Source: a virus (Duplodnaviria; Caudoviricetes). Taken from it: 25,134 nucleotides of DNA. A model generated the notes under the pieces. It had not been told where the DNA came from. It searched no databases and saw only the letters and a program-made list of their open reading frames with translations. A program made the position numbers and the translations under genes. Each line of letters opens with the position of its first letter. Position 1 is the first letter of the stretch. Of this stretch, positions 8,595 to 16,214 are shown piece by piece. The DNA is taken from the IMG/VR virus record IMGVR_UViG_3300007643_000136, positions 1 through 25,134 of that record, one strand, 5' to 3'.

Positions 8595-8809
8595 TCAGTA
8601 TCGAATTCTGCGGCGGACCGGCGGACGGTCGACGCGACACCACCGCGATCAGTTGCCTGAAGCCGGGTGACTCGGTGAGCGTCGTCGTCGAAACGGCCGC
8701 CGCCCGGCACACGTATCGACTCCCCGGCGTCTGGTGCGGCCAGTCCCGCCTGCGACTGCGACACGCCCAAACGGTCGCCAGCGTTTCCCCGGAAACAGAG
8801 GAGGCGTAG
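8591..8809 (+). CDS. Small phage protein with GGPxDG motif, 72 aa
   Basis: GGAG RBS, ATGA overlap, FCGGPADG. Confidence 0.65.
   Translation: MISIEFCGGPADGRRDTTAISCLKPGDSVSVVVETAAARHTYRLPGVWCGQSRLRLRHAQTVASVSPETEEA
8782..8797. promoter_or_regulatory. Palindromic NBS/parS-like site 2, CGTTTCCCCGGAAACA
   Basis: TTTCC-NN-GGAAA core; abuts the GAGGAGG RBS of ATG 8810. Confidence 0.65.
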
Positions 8810-8937
8810 ATGCCGAAACGCCCCATCCCGCCGCCCGCTCAACCGGCCAATGCGCCGCCCAAGCCGACTTCACCGCCGCCCGATGCCGCGCGCCGTTCAA
8901 GCGGAAGCCGCGGCAACTATCCCTTTTCAAGAAGTGA
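8810..8937 (+). pseudogene. Pro-rich microprotein, apparently frameshifted, ending RKPRQLSLFKK
   Basis: Strong RBS and ATG at 8810 are in one frame; QLSLF and TGA 8935-8937 (3 nt before the next ATG) are in the -1 frame; span is 128 nt. Confidence 0.45.
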
Positions 8938-8940
8938 ATC

Positions 8941-9183
8941 ATGCCCACCAACGATCCGCCCCGCGGCAGTCGCCCACTCTCTTTCTCCTCCGCCGACGGC
9001 GTGCAGGTCGGCAAACTAACCGGCTTGGCCGCGGTCGGCTTCGTCGCCGCTTACGGAGTCGCCTATTGGTGGCGCAACGTCTCCGGCGAGGAGCTCACCA
9101 CCGAGCAGATGGGAGTACTCAGCACGGCCATCGTCTTCACCCTCTCCACCGCCTTCCAGTACTTCGCCAAAACCGACGCCTAG
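8941..9183 (+). CDS. Putative holin-like protein (two transmembrane segments), 80 aa
   Basis: LTGLAAVGFVAAYGVAYWW and MGVLSTAIVFTLSTAFQYF; first gene of the membrane/peptidase cluster. Confidence 0.55.
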   Translation: MPTNDPPRGSRPLSFSSADGVQVGKLTGLAAVGFVAAYGVAYWWRNVSGEELTTEQMGVLSTAIVFTLSTAFQYFAKTDA

Positions 9184-9200
9184 CAATCCCCGTTCAGACC

Positions 9201-9228
9201 ACTGAACACTGCAAACTGAACACCAAAC
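9201..9228 (+). repeat. Heptamer tandem repeat ACTGAAC ACTGCAA ACTGAAC ACCAAAC
   Basis: 7-nt periodicity running up to ATG 9229. Confidence 0.6.
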
Positions 9229-9549
9229 ATGCAAACCCTGAAACAAGCGGCCGCCGAAGTTCAAAACCTATCGATCGCCGCCAACGTCCTGCTGGCCTTG
9301 GGCTGGATTCTGGTGCGGCACTTCCTGCCACAGATCGGAGCCCCGATCGATAAGGTGGTTGACCTCTTCAAGGATCTCATCGGGCGCTACATCACCCCGG
9401 TCGACCAGCAGAGCGACAACCGCAACTCTATCCTGCAAATCATCACCGATCTGCTCGACAAGCAGGCGGCCGCCCTCGAACGGGGCGATTTGCAGTGCGT
9501 CGAAAAGTGCAACCGCGAAATCAAGCAACTGCGGGAGCTGGTCTCTTGA
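9229..9549 (+). CDS. Membrane-anchored helical protein, 106 aa
   Basis: TM segment LSIAANVLLALGWILV; C-terminal helical hairpin LLDKQAAALERGDLQCVEKCNREIKQL. Confidence 0.7.
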   Translation: MQTLKQAAAEVQNLSIAANVLLALGWILVRHFLPQIGAPIDKVVDLFKDLIGRYITPVDQQSDNRNSILQIITDLLDKQAAALERGDLQCVEKCNREIKQLRELVS

Positions 9550-9953
9550 GCGATCGGCAAGCGAACCCGATTCCCGGCCTGCTGCTGCTGGCCTTGCTGG
9601 CCTGGCTGTTGTGGGGCGGATCTTGCGAGAACGCGATTGTCGCGCCGCCCACCCCCGGCCCGCGAGTGGTGGCGATCCTGCGCGAGTCGGGCGACAAGGA
9701 TCCGCAGCTGCACGCCGCTCTGTTGCAGCTGCGGCTCGAAGCGGGCGAGCAGCGCGAAGTGTTCCTGCTCGATCCGGATGACGACGCGGATCCGTTTGTC
9801 GCGGCGATCAAGAGCGGCTTTGAAGGATCGCTCCCCTTGCCGGCGATCGTGATCGGCGTCCGCGTCGGCGATCAATTGCAAGTACTCCACCGCGGCCCCT
9901 GTCCACGCGAACTCGAAGAATTGAAAGCCCTGGTGCAGCAACATGGCGGTTAG
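9546..9953 (+). CDS. Exported or lipoprotein-like protein, 135 aa
   Basis: TTGA overlap, GGGAG upstream; hydrophobic GLLLLALLAWLLWGGSC, Pro linker, alpha/beta domain. Confidence 0.65.
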   Translation: MSDRQANPIPGLLLLALLAWLLWGGSCENAIVAPPTPGPRVVAILRESGDKDPQLHAALLQLRLEAGEQREVFLLDPDDDADPFVAAIKSGFEGSLPLPAIVIGVRVGDQLQVLHRGPCPRELEELKALVQQHGG

Positions 9954-10719
9954 CAACTCCCCCTCTCCTCTGTACGACGCCCCCGGCCGCGGCGACTGCC
10001 TGCCTCGCGTCGATGCGTGCGGCGATCTGTTCGCGGTCTTTGAAGACGCCGTGCCGGTGATCCCGCGCGGCGAGTGGCGAGGTTTGTTTGAGTCGCTGCC
10101 CGATCTGTCTCGCCTGGTGAAGAAGATCAAGAATCAGGGCCAGGAAGGATCGTGCGCCAGCAACGCCACCGTGCAGGCGTACGAGATCGTTTTCAACCTG
10201 CAGTTCGGCGTGCGCCGCTGGATCGAATTCAGCGCCATGAGTCTGTATAAGCGTGTCGGCCGCACCGCCCAGTCAGGCAGCGTGGTCGGCGACAATTTGA
10301 AAGAGATCCGCGACCGCGGCATTCTGCCGGTCGACAACCCCGAGAACCGCGCGCGATTTGACTGCGTTCACCCGGCCACCGGCTTTGGTCGCCGCCTGCC
10401 CAGCAATTGGGAGGAAACGGCCGCACAGTTCCGCGCCGTCGAGTGGTTCGACATCAGCAGCTTCGACGGCTTCATGACGGCCCTCTTGCTGGGTTACCCG
10501 GTGGTCTATGGCCGCGCGGGACACGCCATCTGCGGCGTACGCGGCGTCGAGCGCAGCGGAGCCTGGCACGTGAAGTACGCCAATAGCTGGGGCCCATGGG
10601 GCGAGAACGGCTACGGCTACGACAGTGAACGATTCATCAGCGGAGCGATCCGCAGTTACGGCGCCTTTGCCATCCGCAGCGTCGCCGTCCATTCTGATTT
10701 TGTGTCCCCCCTTACCTAG
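9943..10719 (+). CDS. Papain-like cysteine peptidase (family C1), 258 aa
   Basis: NQGQEGSC (Q65, C71), GHAI (H194), ANSWGPWGENGYG (N214). Confidence 0.92.
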   Translation: MAVSNSPSPLYDAPGRGDCLPRVDACGDLFAVFEDAVPVIPRGEWRGLFESLPDLSRLVKKIKNQGQEGSCASNATVQAYEIVFNLQFGVRRWIEFSAMSLYKRVGRTAQSGSVVGDNLKEIRDRGILPVDNPENRARFDCVHPATGFGRRLPSNWEETAAQFRAVEWFDISSFDGFMTALLLGYPVVYGRAGHAICGVRGVERSGAWHVKYANSWGPWGENGYGYDSERFISGAIRSYGAFAIRSVAVHSDFVSPLT

Positions 10720-10731
10720 GAGACTGACCCG

Positions 10732-11091
10732 ATGCGCAGCTTATTTGTTTGTGCGGCGATCCTGGCGATCGCCTGCATCAGTTGCAACACGCCCGACCAA
10801 CCGGCGGCCGAAGCCCAGATTCAATCGCAACTCTGCCAGGCCCCGGCCCCGCAGCCGCGGTGCGAATGCCACTGCGACTGCGAAGCCCGCCTCGTCGCCC
10901 TCGAGCAACGACTCGACCACGTACAAGCGTACGCGACCCAACTCAGAGAGTACGCCGTCTGGCATCTGCAGCCCGACAAGCGACAGCCCGCAAAACAAGA
11001 GGCGGCGACTCTAGTGCCCACGGCGGCCACCGGTCACTGGGAGGAGCGCTGCAACGGCCGCACCTGCACGCGAGTCTGGGTCTCGCATTGA
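10732..11091 (+). CDS. Cys-rich lipoprotein with coiled coil (spanin-like candidate), 119 aa
   Basis: AGGAG RBS; signal MRSLFVCAAILAIACISC; CECHCDC; EARLVALEQRLD; GHWEERCNGRTCTRVWV. Confidence 0.65.
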   Translation: MRSLFVCAAILAIACISCNTPDQPAAEAQIQSQLCQAPAPQPRCECHCDCEARLVALEQRLDHVQAYATQLREYAVWHLQPDKRQPAKQEAATLVPTAATGHWEERCNGRTCTRVWVSH

Positions 11092-11375
11092 CCCCCGGCG
11101 AAGCACCACAGTACAAGCCCCGCCACGCGATCGCCAACCCGAGGCGATCCGCCCACCAGCGAGGCTACAACCGCCAGTGGCGCAACGCCCGACTCCGACA
11201 CCTGAAGGCCCACCCACTCTGCGCGCAGTGCTTAGAAGCAGGTCAAGTCCGCGCAGCCACCGTCGTCGATCACCGCCGCCCACACCGAGGAAACAAGGTC
11301 CTCTTCTGGGATGAATCCAACTGGCAAAGCCTTTGCCAGACACACCACAACGCCAAGTCAGCAACCGAGCGATAG
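11088..11375 (+). CDS. Terminase-associated HNH endonuclease (HK97 gp74-like), 95 aa
   Basis: TTGA overlap; RGY..W, HPLCAQC, VVDHRRPH, SNWQSLCQTHHNAKS; directly upstream of terS. Confidence 0.9.
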   Translation: MTPGEAPQYKPRHAIANPRRSAHQRGYNRQWRNARLRHLKAHPLCAQCLEAGQVRAATVVDHRRPHRGNKVLFWDESNWQSLCQTHHNAKSATER

Positions 11376-11459
11376 GGAGGGGGGTCGATTTTCGACCAGC
11401 CCCTCTCACCGTAGACCGCGGCGAGCGCGCACATTTTTTGGCAAAAAATCAGAGGTTTC
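11376..11459. other. Probable cos packaging region
   Basis: Between HNH and terS; G-run; inverted repeats GGTCGA/TCGACC (11383-11397) and ATTTTTTG-G-CAAAAAAT (11433-11449). Confidence 0.6.
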
Positions 11460-11897
11460 ATGGCTGGGAATCAACGCAGTGGTCGACCGCGAAAACCCGT
11501 CTCCCCGGATGCACCGGGATACCGGGCCGATCGACACGATCGCGGCGAACCGCCCGCCATGGAAGGCACGCCGGTGATGCCGGAGTGGCTCGACGACGAC
11601 GCAATCACATTGTGGAATGCGGTCGTGCCCGACTTGGCAACTGCGGGCGTCGCCAAAGCAGCCGACTCGCACATGCTGGCGGCGATGTGCGACGCCTGGT
11701 CGATGTATTTGGCCGCGCGCGTGATCGCGCACGAGCACCCCAACGACAAAGACTCCCGACTGAATTACGTCGCCTACTACAACGCCTTTTCCTCCGTCGC
11801 TTCTCGGTTCGGGCTCACCCCAAGCGACCGCGCGCGGCTGAACATCAAACCGGCAAACGAAGGTGAGCCAAAAGTCAAAAGCCGCAATCGTAAATGA
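11460..11897 (+). CDS. terS: Terminase small subunit (P27 family)
   Basis: SGRPRKP, P.WL...A...W, D...LA..C, FGLTPSDRARL. Confidence 0.92.
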   Translation: MAGNQRSGRPRKPVSPDAPGYRADRHDRGEPPAMEGTPVMPEWLDDDAITLWNAVVPDLATAGVAKAADSHMLAAMCDAWSMYLAARVIAHEHPNDKDSRLNYVAYYNAFSSVASRFGLTPSDRARLNIKPANEGEPKVKSRNRK

Positions 11898-13654
11898 CGA
11901 TCGACAAGACAACGCTCCTCTGGATTCGCAACAAAGCCGACGAACTCGCCGCCGCTGACGGACACCGCTTTGACCTTGAGCCCGCGGCCTGGGCGGTTTG
12001 GTGGATTGAGTATTATTGCCGACTGTACGAAGGCGAGCTGGCGGGCGAGCCGTTGTATCTTCGCGGTTGCCACGAATGCGACAGCGATGCTGATCGCGAG
12101 GAGCTGCTGGACTGGGACGAAGGCGGGCGCGAGCAAACGCTTGATCGCCTCGATCGACACGCCGCATGCTACGCCGCCGGCCACACTCTCGACTGGCAAC
12201 TCGACGTAACCGCCCGCATGTTCGGCTGGCTTCGACACTCCGAAAAGTGGCGCCGTGAAATCCGCCGCTTTCGCCAGGCTTCGGTTTGGGTCGCGAAGAA
12301 AAACAAGAAGTCGCCGACGCTCGCCGCCTGGGGATTGTACCTGCTGTGCGGCGACGGAGAGCCAGGCCAAAAGATCTATCTCGGCGCGAAGGACGGGAAG
12401 CAGGCTAAATCGATCGCAGGCAAGCACGCCGTCGAAATGGTGCAGTCGTCGCCGATGCTGTCGTCGGTTTGCACTTGCAACAAGATGGCGGCGGAGATCA
12501 CCCACGAACCCAGCCGCTCGGTGATGATCCCGCTGAGCAGCAGCAACTCCGCCAGCCAAAAATCGAAAGAAGGGCTTAACGGCAGTTGCTGCATTGACGA
12601 AACCCACGTGGTTGACGACGAGTTTATCGGCCGCATCAGCCGCGCGGGAATCTCTCGCAGCGAGCCCTTGCAGATTGAGACGTCGACGGCCGGCGACGAT
12701 CCGGACGGCTACGGGTTCCGCCGCTTTCAGTACGCACAATCGGTAGCGGCGGGTGAGACGCTCAACCACCAGTTGCTGCCGGCGATCTACGCCGCGCCGC
12801 AAGACGCGACCGACGAAGACATCATGGCGGACCCGCTGCACTTCGCCCGCCAGGCCAACCCGGCGCTCGGTCACACGGTCGACCCCGAGGAACTGCTGAA
12901 CGACGCAACGCAAAGCAAAGCCAACTCGGTGGAGTGGAATCGCTTCAAAAAATACCGGCTCAACATCTGGACCGGCTCGCTTACCAAATGGCTCCGCCCG
13001 TCCGACTGGACCGCCTGCTACGAACCGTTCACCGCGGAGCAGTTCCGCGGGCAACTCTGTTACGCGGGGCTCGATCTCAGTAAGACTCGCGACCTCACCG
13101 CGCTGACGCTGATCTTCCCCGGCGACGACGACATCTGGCGACAGATTAATTACTACTGGATGCCGCGAGAGGCGGCGATCGAACTGGCGGAGATTGTCCC
13201 CTATCTCGACTGGGAGGAACAAGGCGCGGTCGAACTGACCGATGGCCCAGTGGTTGATTACGCCTTCGTGAAGTCGCGGATTCTGGAAGTGGAAGAGACG
13301 TACGACTTGCAAGTACTCGCCTACGATCCGTGGAACGCGGAGACCCTCACGCAGGAGTTGGAGACCGAAGGAGTGCATCGGGTGGCGATGCAACAAACGA
13401 TAGCCAACCTGGCCGAGCCAACGGCCGAATACGAACGGCGAATCCTCAACGGCACGCTACGGCACAACGGCAACCCGCTGACCACTTGGCAGGCCGGCCA
13501 CGTGCAAGTGAAGTGCGACCACAACAAAAATATGCGGCCGGTCAAGAGGCAACACGGAGACCACCGCACAATCGACGGCATCGTCGCCGGCGTGATCGCC
13601 GCGGGGCAGTTACTAGTTGATCCTCCCGCCACAGGCATAGGTTTATTCGCATGA
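11894..13654 (+). CDS. terL: Terminase large subunit
   Basis: Walker A-like VAKKNKKS, Walker B CCIDETH, STAG, ANPALG, GLDLSKTRDLTA, YDPWNA, HNGNP, IDGIVA. Confidence 0.96.
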   Translation: MTIDKTTLLWIRNKADELAAADGHRFDLEPAAWAVWWIEYYCRLYEGELAGEPLYLRGCHECDSDADREELLDWDEGGREQTLDRLDRHAACYAAGHTLDWQLDVTARMFGWLRHSEKWRREIRRFRQASVWVAKKNKKSPTLAAWGLYLLCGDGEPGQKIYLGAKDGKQAKSIAGKHAVEMVQSSPMLSSVCTCNKMAAEITHEPSRSVMIPLSSSNSASQKSKEGLNGSCCIDETHVVDDEFIGRISRAGISRSEPLQIETSTAGDDPDGYGFRRFQYAQSVAAGETLNHQLLPAIYAAPQDATDEDIMADPLHFARQANPALGHTVDPEELLNDATQSKANSVEWNRFKKYRLNIWTGSLTKWLRPSDWTACYEPFTAEQFRGQLCYAGLDLSKTRDLTALTLIFPGDDDIWRQINYYWMPREAAIELAEIVPYLDWEEQGAVELTDGPVVDYAFVKSRILEVEETYDLQVLAYDPWNAETLTQELETEGVHRVAMQQTIANLAEPTAEYERRILNGTLRHNGNPLTTWQAGHVQVKCDHNKNMRPVKRQHGDHRTIDGIVAGVIAAGQLLVDPPATGIGLFA

Positions 13655-15324
13655 TTCGATGGCTAAGTTCCGCGGCAAAATCTATCGGTTCGTTTCTCGG
13701 CTCTGGCGCGAGTGGCAGCTACAACCCGGCCCAGTGGCTGATCGACTGGGTGTGGGGCGGACCCAAGAGCGCCGCCGGCGTGCGGGTCAACCTAAAGTCG
13801 ATGCTTTCGATCGCCGCAGTGAAGCAGGCCGTGACGATCATCAGCGGCGACGTTGCCAAGCTGCCGCTGCACGTTTTTCGCAATCTGCCGGAAGGCGGAA
13901 GGGATCGCACTAAAGACCACCCGGCCTGGTATCTGCTCCGCCGCAAGCCGTCGACCGACCTAACCGCCTACCCGTTTAAGCAGACGATCACCGCCCACGC
14001 CCTGCTGCACGGCAACGGCTACGCCTTCATTGCTCGCGATCGCCGTAACCGGCCCGTCGACTTGGTCCCGATGTGTCCGCGGGCCACCTACCCGGTGCGG
14101 ATGGACCGCCGCTTATGGTACATCACCCAAGTTGACGGCGAAGACGTGCGACTGTCGCCCTCCGAGGTGTTTCACCTGCGGGGCCTCGGCAGTGACGGCG
14201 TGATGGGTTACGCGGTGATCGACCTGGCCAAGGAGTCGATGGGGCTCACGCTGGCCGCACAGAAGTTCGGCTCCAAATTCTTCGGCAACGACAACACGCC
14301 CGGCGGCCTGCTGGAGGCGCCGGGCAAGCTGACCGAACAGAAGGCCGATGAGTTGCGGCGGCGGTGGGACAAGATGCATTCAGCCGACAACGCGCACCGC
14401 TTGGCGATCGTCGAAGCGGGCTACAAGTTCACGTCGATTTCCGTACCGCCCGAACAGGCGCAGTTTTTAGAGACTCGCAAATTCCAGCGCACCGAAGTCG
14501 CGAGCTGGTTCAATATCCCGTCGCACAAATTGGGAGACGACTCCAAAACTTCGCGCAACAGTTTGGCCGAAGAGAATCAGTCCTATCTGGAGTCGACACT
14601 GGAACACTGGCTCTGTTCGTGGGAGGAGGAGGCTTGGGATAAGCTGCTCACCGAAAAAGAGAAGCGGAGCGACGAAGTCTTTATCGAGTTCCAGCGATTG
14701 GCGCTACTCCGCGCGGACGCCGGCACCCGCAGCAACTTCTATCACAACGCGCTCTTGGACGGCTGGATGAATCGCGACGAAGTGCGCGATCGGGAAAACC
14801 TCAATCCGATTCCGGACGGCCAGGGAAAACGCTACTACACGCCGCTCAATATGGACGCAGGCGACGACACGCTTGTCGAAGATCCGCCGGCCGAACCGGG
14901 ACCCGATCCCCGCGCCAAGCGGACGCTCGCCAAGTTGGTCGCGGAGACCTGCGGACGGATGCTCCGCTGGGAAGTCGACGCCGCCGAACGCTCGGCCAAA
15001 AAACCGAGCGGCTACGTGGCTGCAATCGACGACTTCTACGGCCAGCATGCCGATCGCCTGGCCGCCAGTCTGGCGACCGTTGTGGAGTGCCTGGCCGCGG
15101 TTGCCGGCAGCGACGTTTCCCCGGAAACCGTCTCCCGCCAAGTCGCCGCCGCGCACTGCGCGGAAGCCAAGCAACGCTTGCTGGCCGCCGCCGACCTGGC
15201 GACCGACGCCGAAACATTGCGCACCCAAGTCGCCGGCGTGCGCGATTGGATCGCCACACAACCGGCGGCGATTGCCGACCACTTGATCACTCAATTTTTT
15301 GGAGACGACCACGATGGCGACTAA
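13651..15324 (+). CDS. HK97-family portal protein with C-terminal extension
   Basis: VAKLPL, LLHGNGYA, EVFHLR, AQFLETRKF...VASWFNIP, GWMNRDEVR..ENLNP, PLNM. Confidence 0.95.
   Translation: MIRWLSSAAKSIGSFLGSGASGSYNPAQWLIDWVWGGPKSAAGVRVNLKSMLSIAAVKQAVTIISGDVAKLPLHVFRNLPEGGRDRTKDHPAWYLLRRKPSTDLTAYPFKQTITAHALLHGNGYAFIARDRRNRPVDLVPMCPRATYPVRMDRRLWYITQVDGEDVRLSPSEVFHLRGLGSDGVMGYAVIDLAKESMGLTLAAQKFGSKFFGNDNTPGGLLEAPGKLTEQKADELRRRWDKMHSADNAHRLAIVEAGYKFTSISVPPEQAQFLETRKFQRTEVASWFNIPSHKLGDDSKTSRNSLAEENQSYLESTLEHWLCSWEEEAWDKLLTEKEKRSDEVFIEFQRLALLRADAGTRSNFYHNALLDGWMNRDEVRDRENLNPIPDGQGKRYYTPLNMDAGDDTLVEDPPAEPGPDPRAKRTLAKLVAETCGRMLRWEVDAAERSAKKPSGYVAAIDDFYGQHADRLAASLATVVECLAAVAGSDVSPETVSRQVAAAHCAEAKQRLLAAADLATDAETLRTQVAGVRDWIATQPAAIADHLITQFFGDDHDGD
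15114..15129. promoter_or_regulatory. Palindromic NBS/parS-like site 3, CGTTTCCCCGGAAACC
   Basis: TTTCC-NN-GGAAA core; 15/16 identical to site 2; inside the portal extension. Confidence 0.6.
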
Positions 15325-15997
15325 GCAGACAAACCGGATCAAAGCCCTCGGCGACAACCGCGCGGAGATTTGGATCTACGAAGAGATCAGCGACTTCTGG
15401 GGCAAGGGGGCGGTCGAGCTGATTGCCGAACTCTCCGCGCTGGGATTGGTCGATGAGATCGTCGTGCGGATCAATAGTCCCGGCGGCGACGTGTTTGAAG
15501 CGGCGGCGATGTACAACGTGTTGAAGCAACACCCGGCGAAGGTGACCGTGGAGATCGACGGCATGGCCGTTTCAGCCGCCTCGGTGCTGGCGATGGTCGG
15601 CGACACAATCCGCATGGCCGACAACGCCATGATGATGATTCACGATCCTTGGGGCGGCGCGGTCGGCAACGCCAGCGAACATCGACAGTACGCCGACCTG
15701 TTGGAGAAGGTGGGCGAAACACTAGTGGCGACCTACGCCAATCGCACCGGCCGGCCGGCCGACGAGATCCGCCCGCTGATGGCGGCCGAAACCTGGATGG
15801 ACGCCGAGGAAGCGCTCGCCGGCCAGTTTATCGACGAGATCGTCGCCGGCAAGCAGGTGGCCGCCCGCTTCGATCCGGATCGCTTCAACAACTGCCCGCA
15901 ACAATTCGCCGAGCGGGCCAAGACGGCTCCCGCGCCGACGCTGCACGAGTACCGCAACCGGCTCGACAAACTGACGCTCGCCGCAACCAACAGATAG
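15314..15997 (+). CDS. ClpP-like (S14) prohead maturation protease
   Basis: GGAG RBS; INSPGGDVFE, IDGMAVSAAS (Ser), MMIHDPW (His), ETWMDAEEA. Confidence 0.93.
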   Translation: MATKQTNRIKALGDNRAEIWIYEEISDFWGKGAVELIAELSALGLVDEIVVRINSPGGDVFEAAAMYNVLKQHPAKVTVEIDGMAVSAASVLAMVGDTIRMADNAMMMIHDPWGGAVGNASEHRQYADLLEKVGETLVATYANRTGRPADEIRPLMAAETWMDAEEALAGQFIDEIVAGKQVAARFDPDRFNNCPQQFAERAKTAPAPTLHEYRNRLDKLTLAATNR

Positions 15998-16006
15998 AAA
16001 CCGAGC

Positions 16007-16034
16007 TTGACCGCCGAACGCTCGGCGCTAACAT
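16007..16034 (+). promoter_or_regulatory. Putative promoter TTGACC-N16-TAACAT upstream of the capsid gene, with a palindrome in the spacer
   Basis: Near-consensus -35 and -10; CGCCGA-N4-TCGGCG at 16012-16027. Confidence 0.55.
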
Positions 16035-16214
16035 TTCACTTGCAACAAAATCGAAACGCCGCCTCTCGGCCGCCGGGTGATCCCGAGCCGCCGAGCGGAC
16101 GGAACGATTGAGCACGCAACCTGCTGATGCGGTGGCGGCTGATCCGCGATTTGAATTTTCATTCACTTCGCCGGCGGCCCGCCGTAGCTTGGCCTCCGGC
16201 ATCTGGAGGCATCT

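Noticed and set aside
12062-12187. Intein in terL
   Set aside because: Far too short, and no C-terminal His-Asn splice motif
11777-13396. 539-aa minus-strand ORF
   Set aside because: Antisense shadow of terL, expected from high-GC codon bias; no motifs. The same applies to the other minus-strand ORFs
15314-15997. Host clpP as an auxiliary gene
   Set aside because: Its position between portal and capsid identifies it as the ordinary prohead protease
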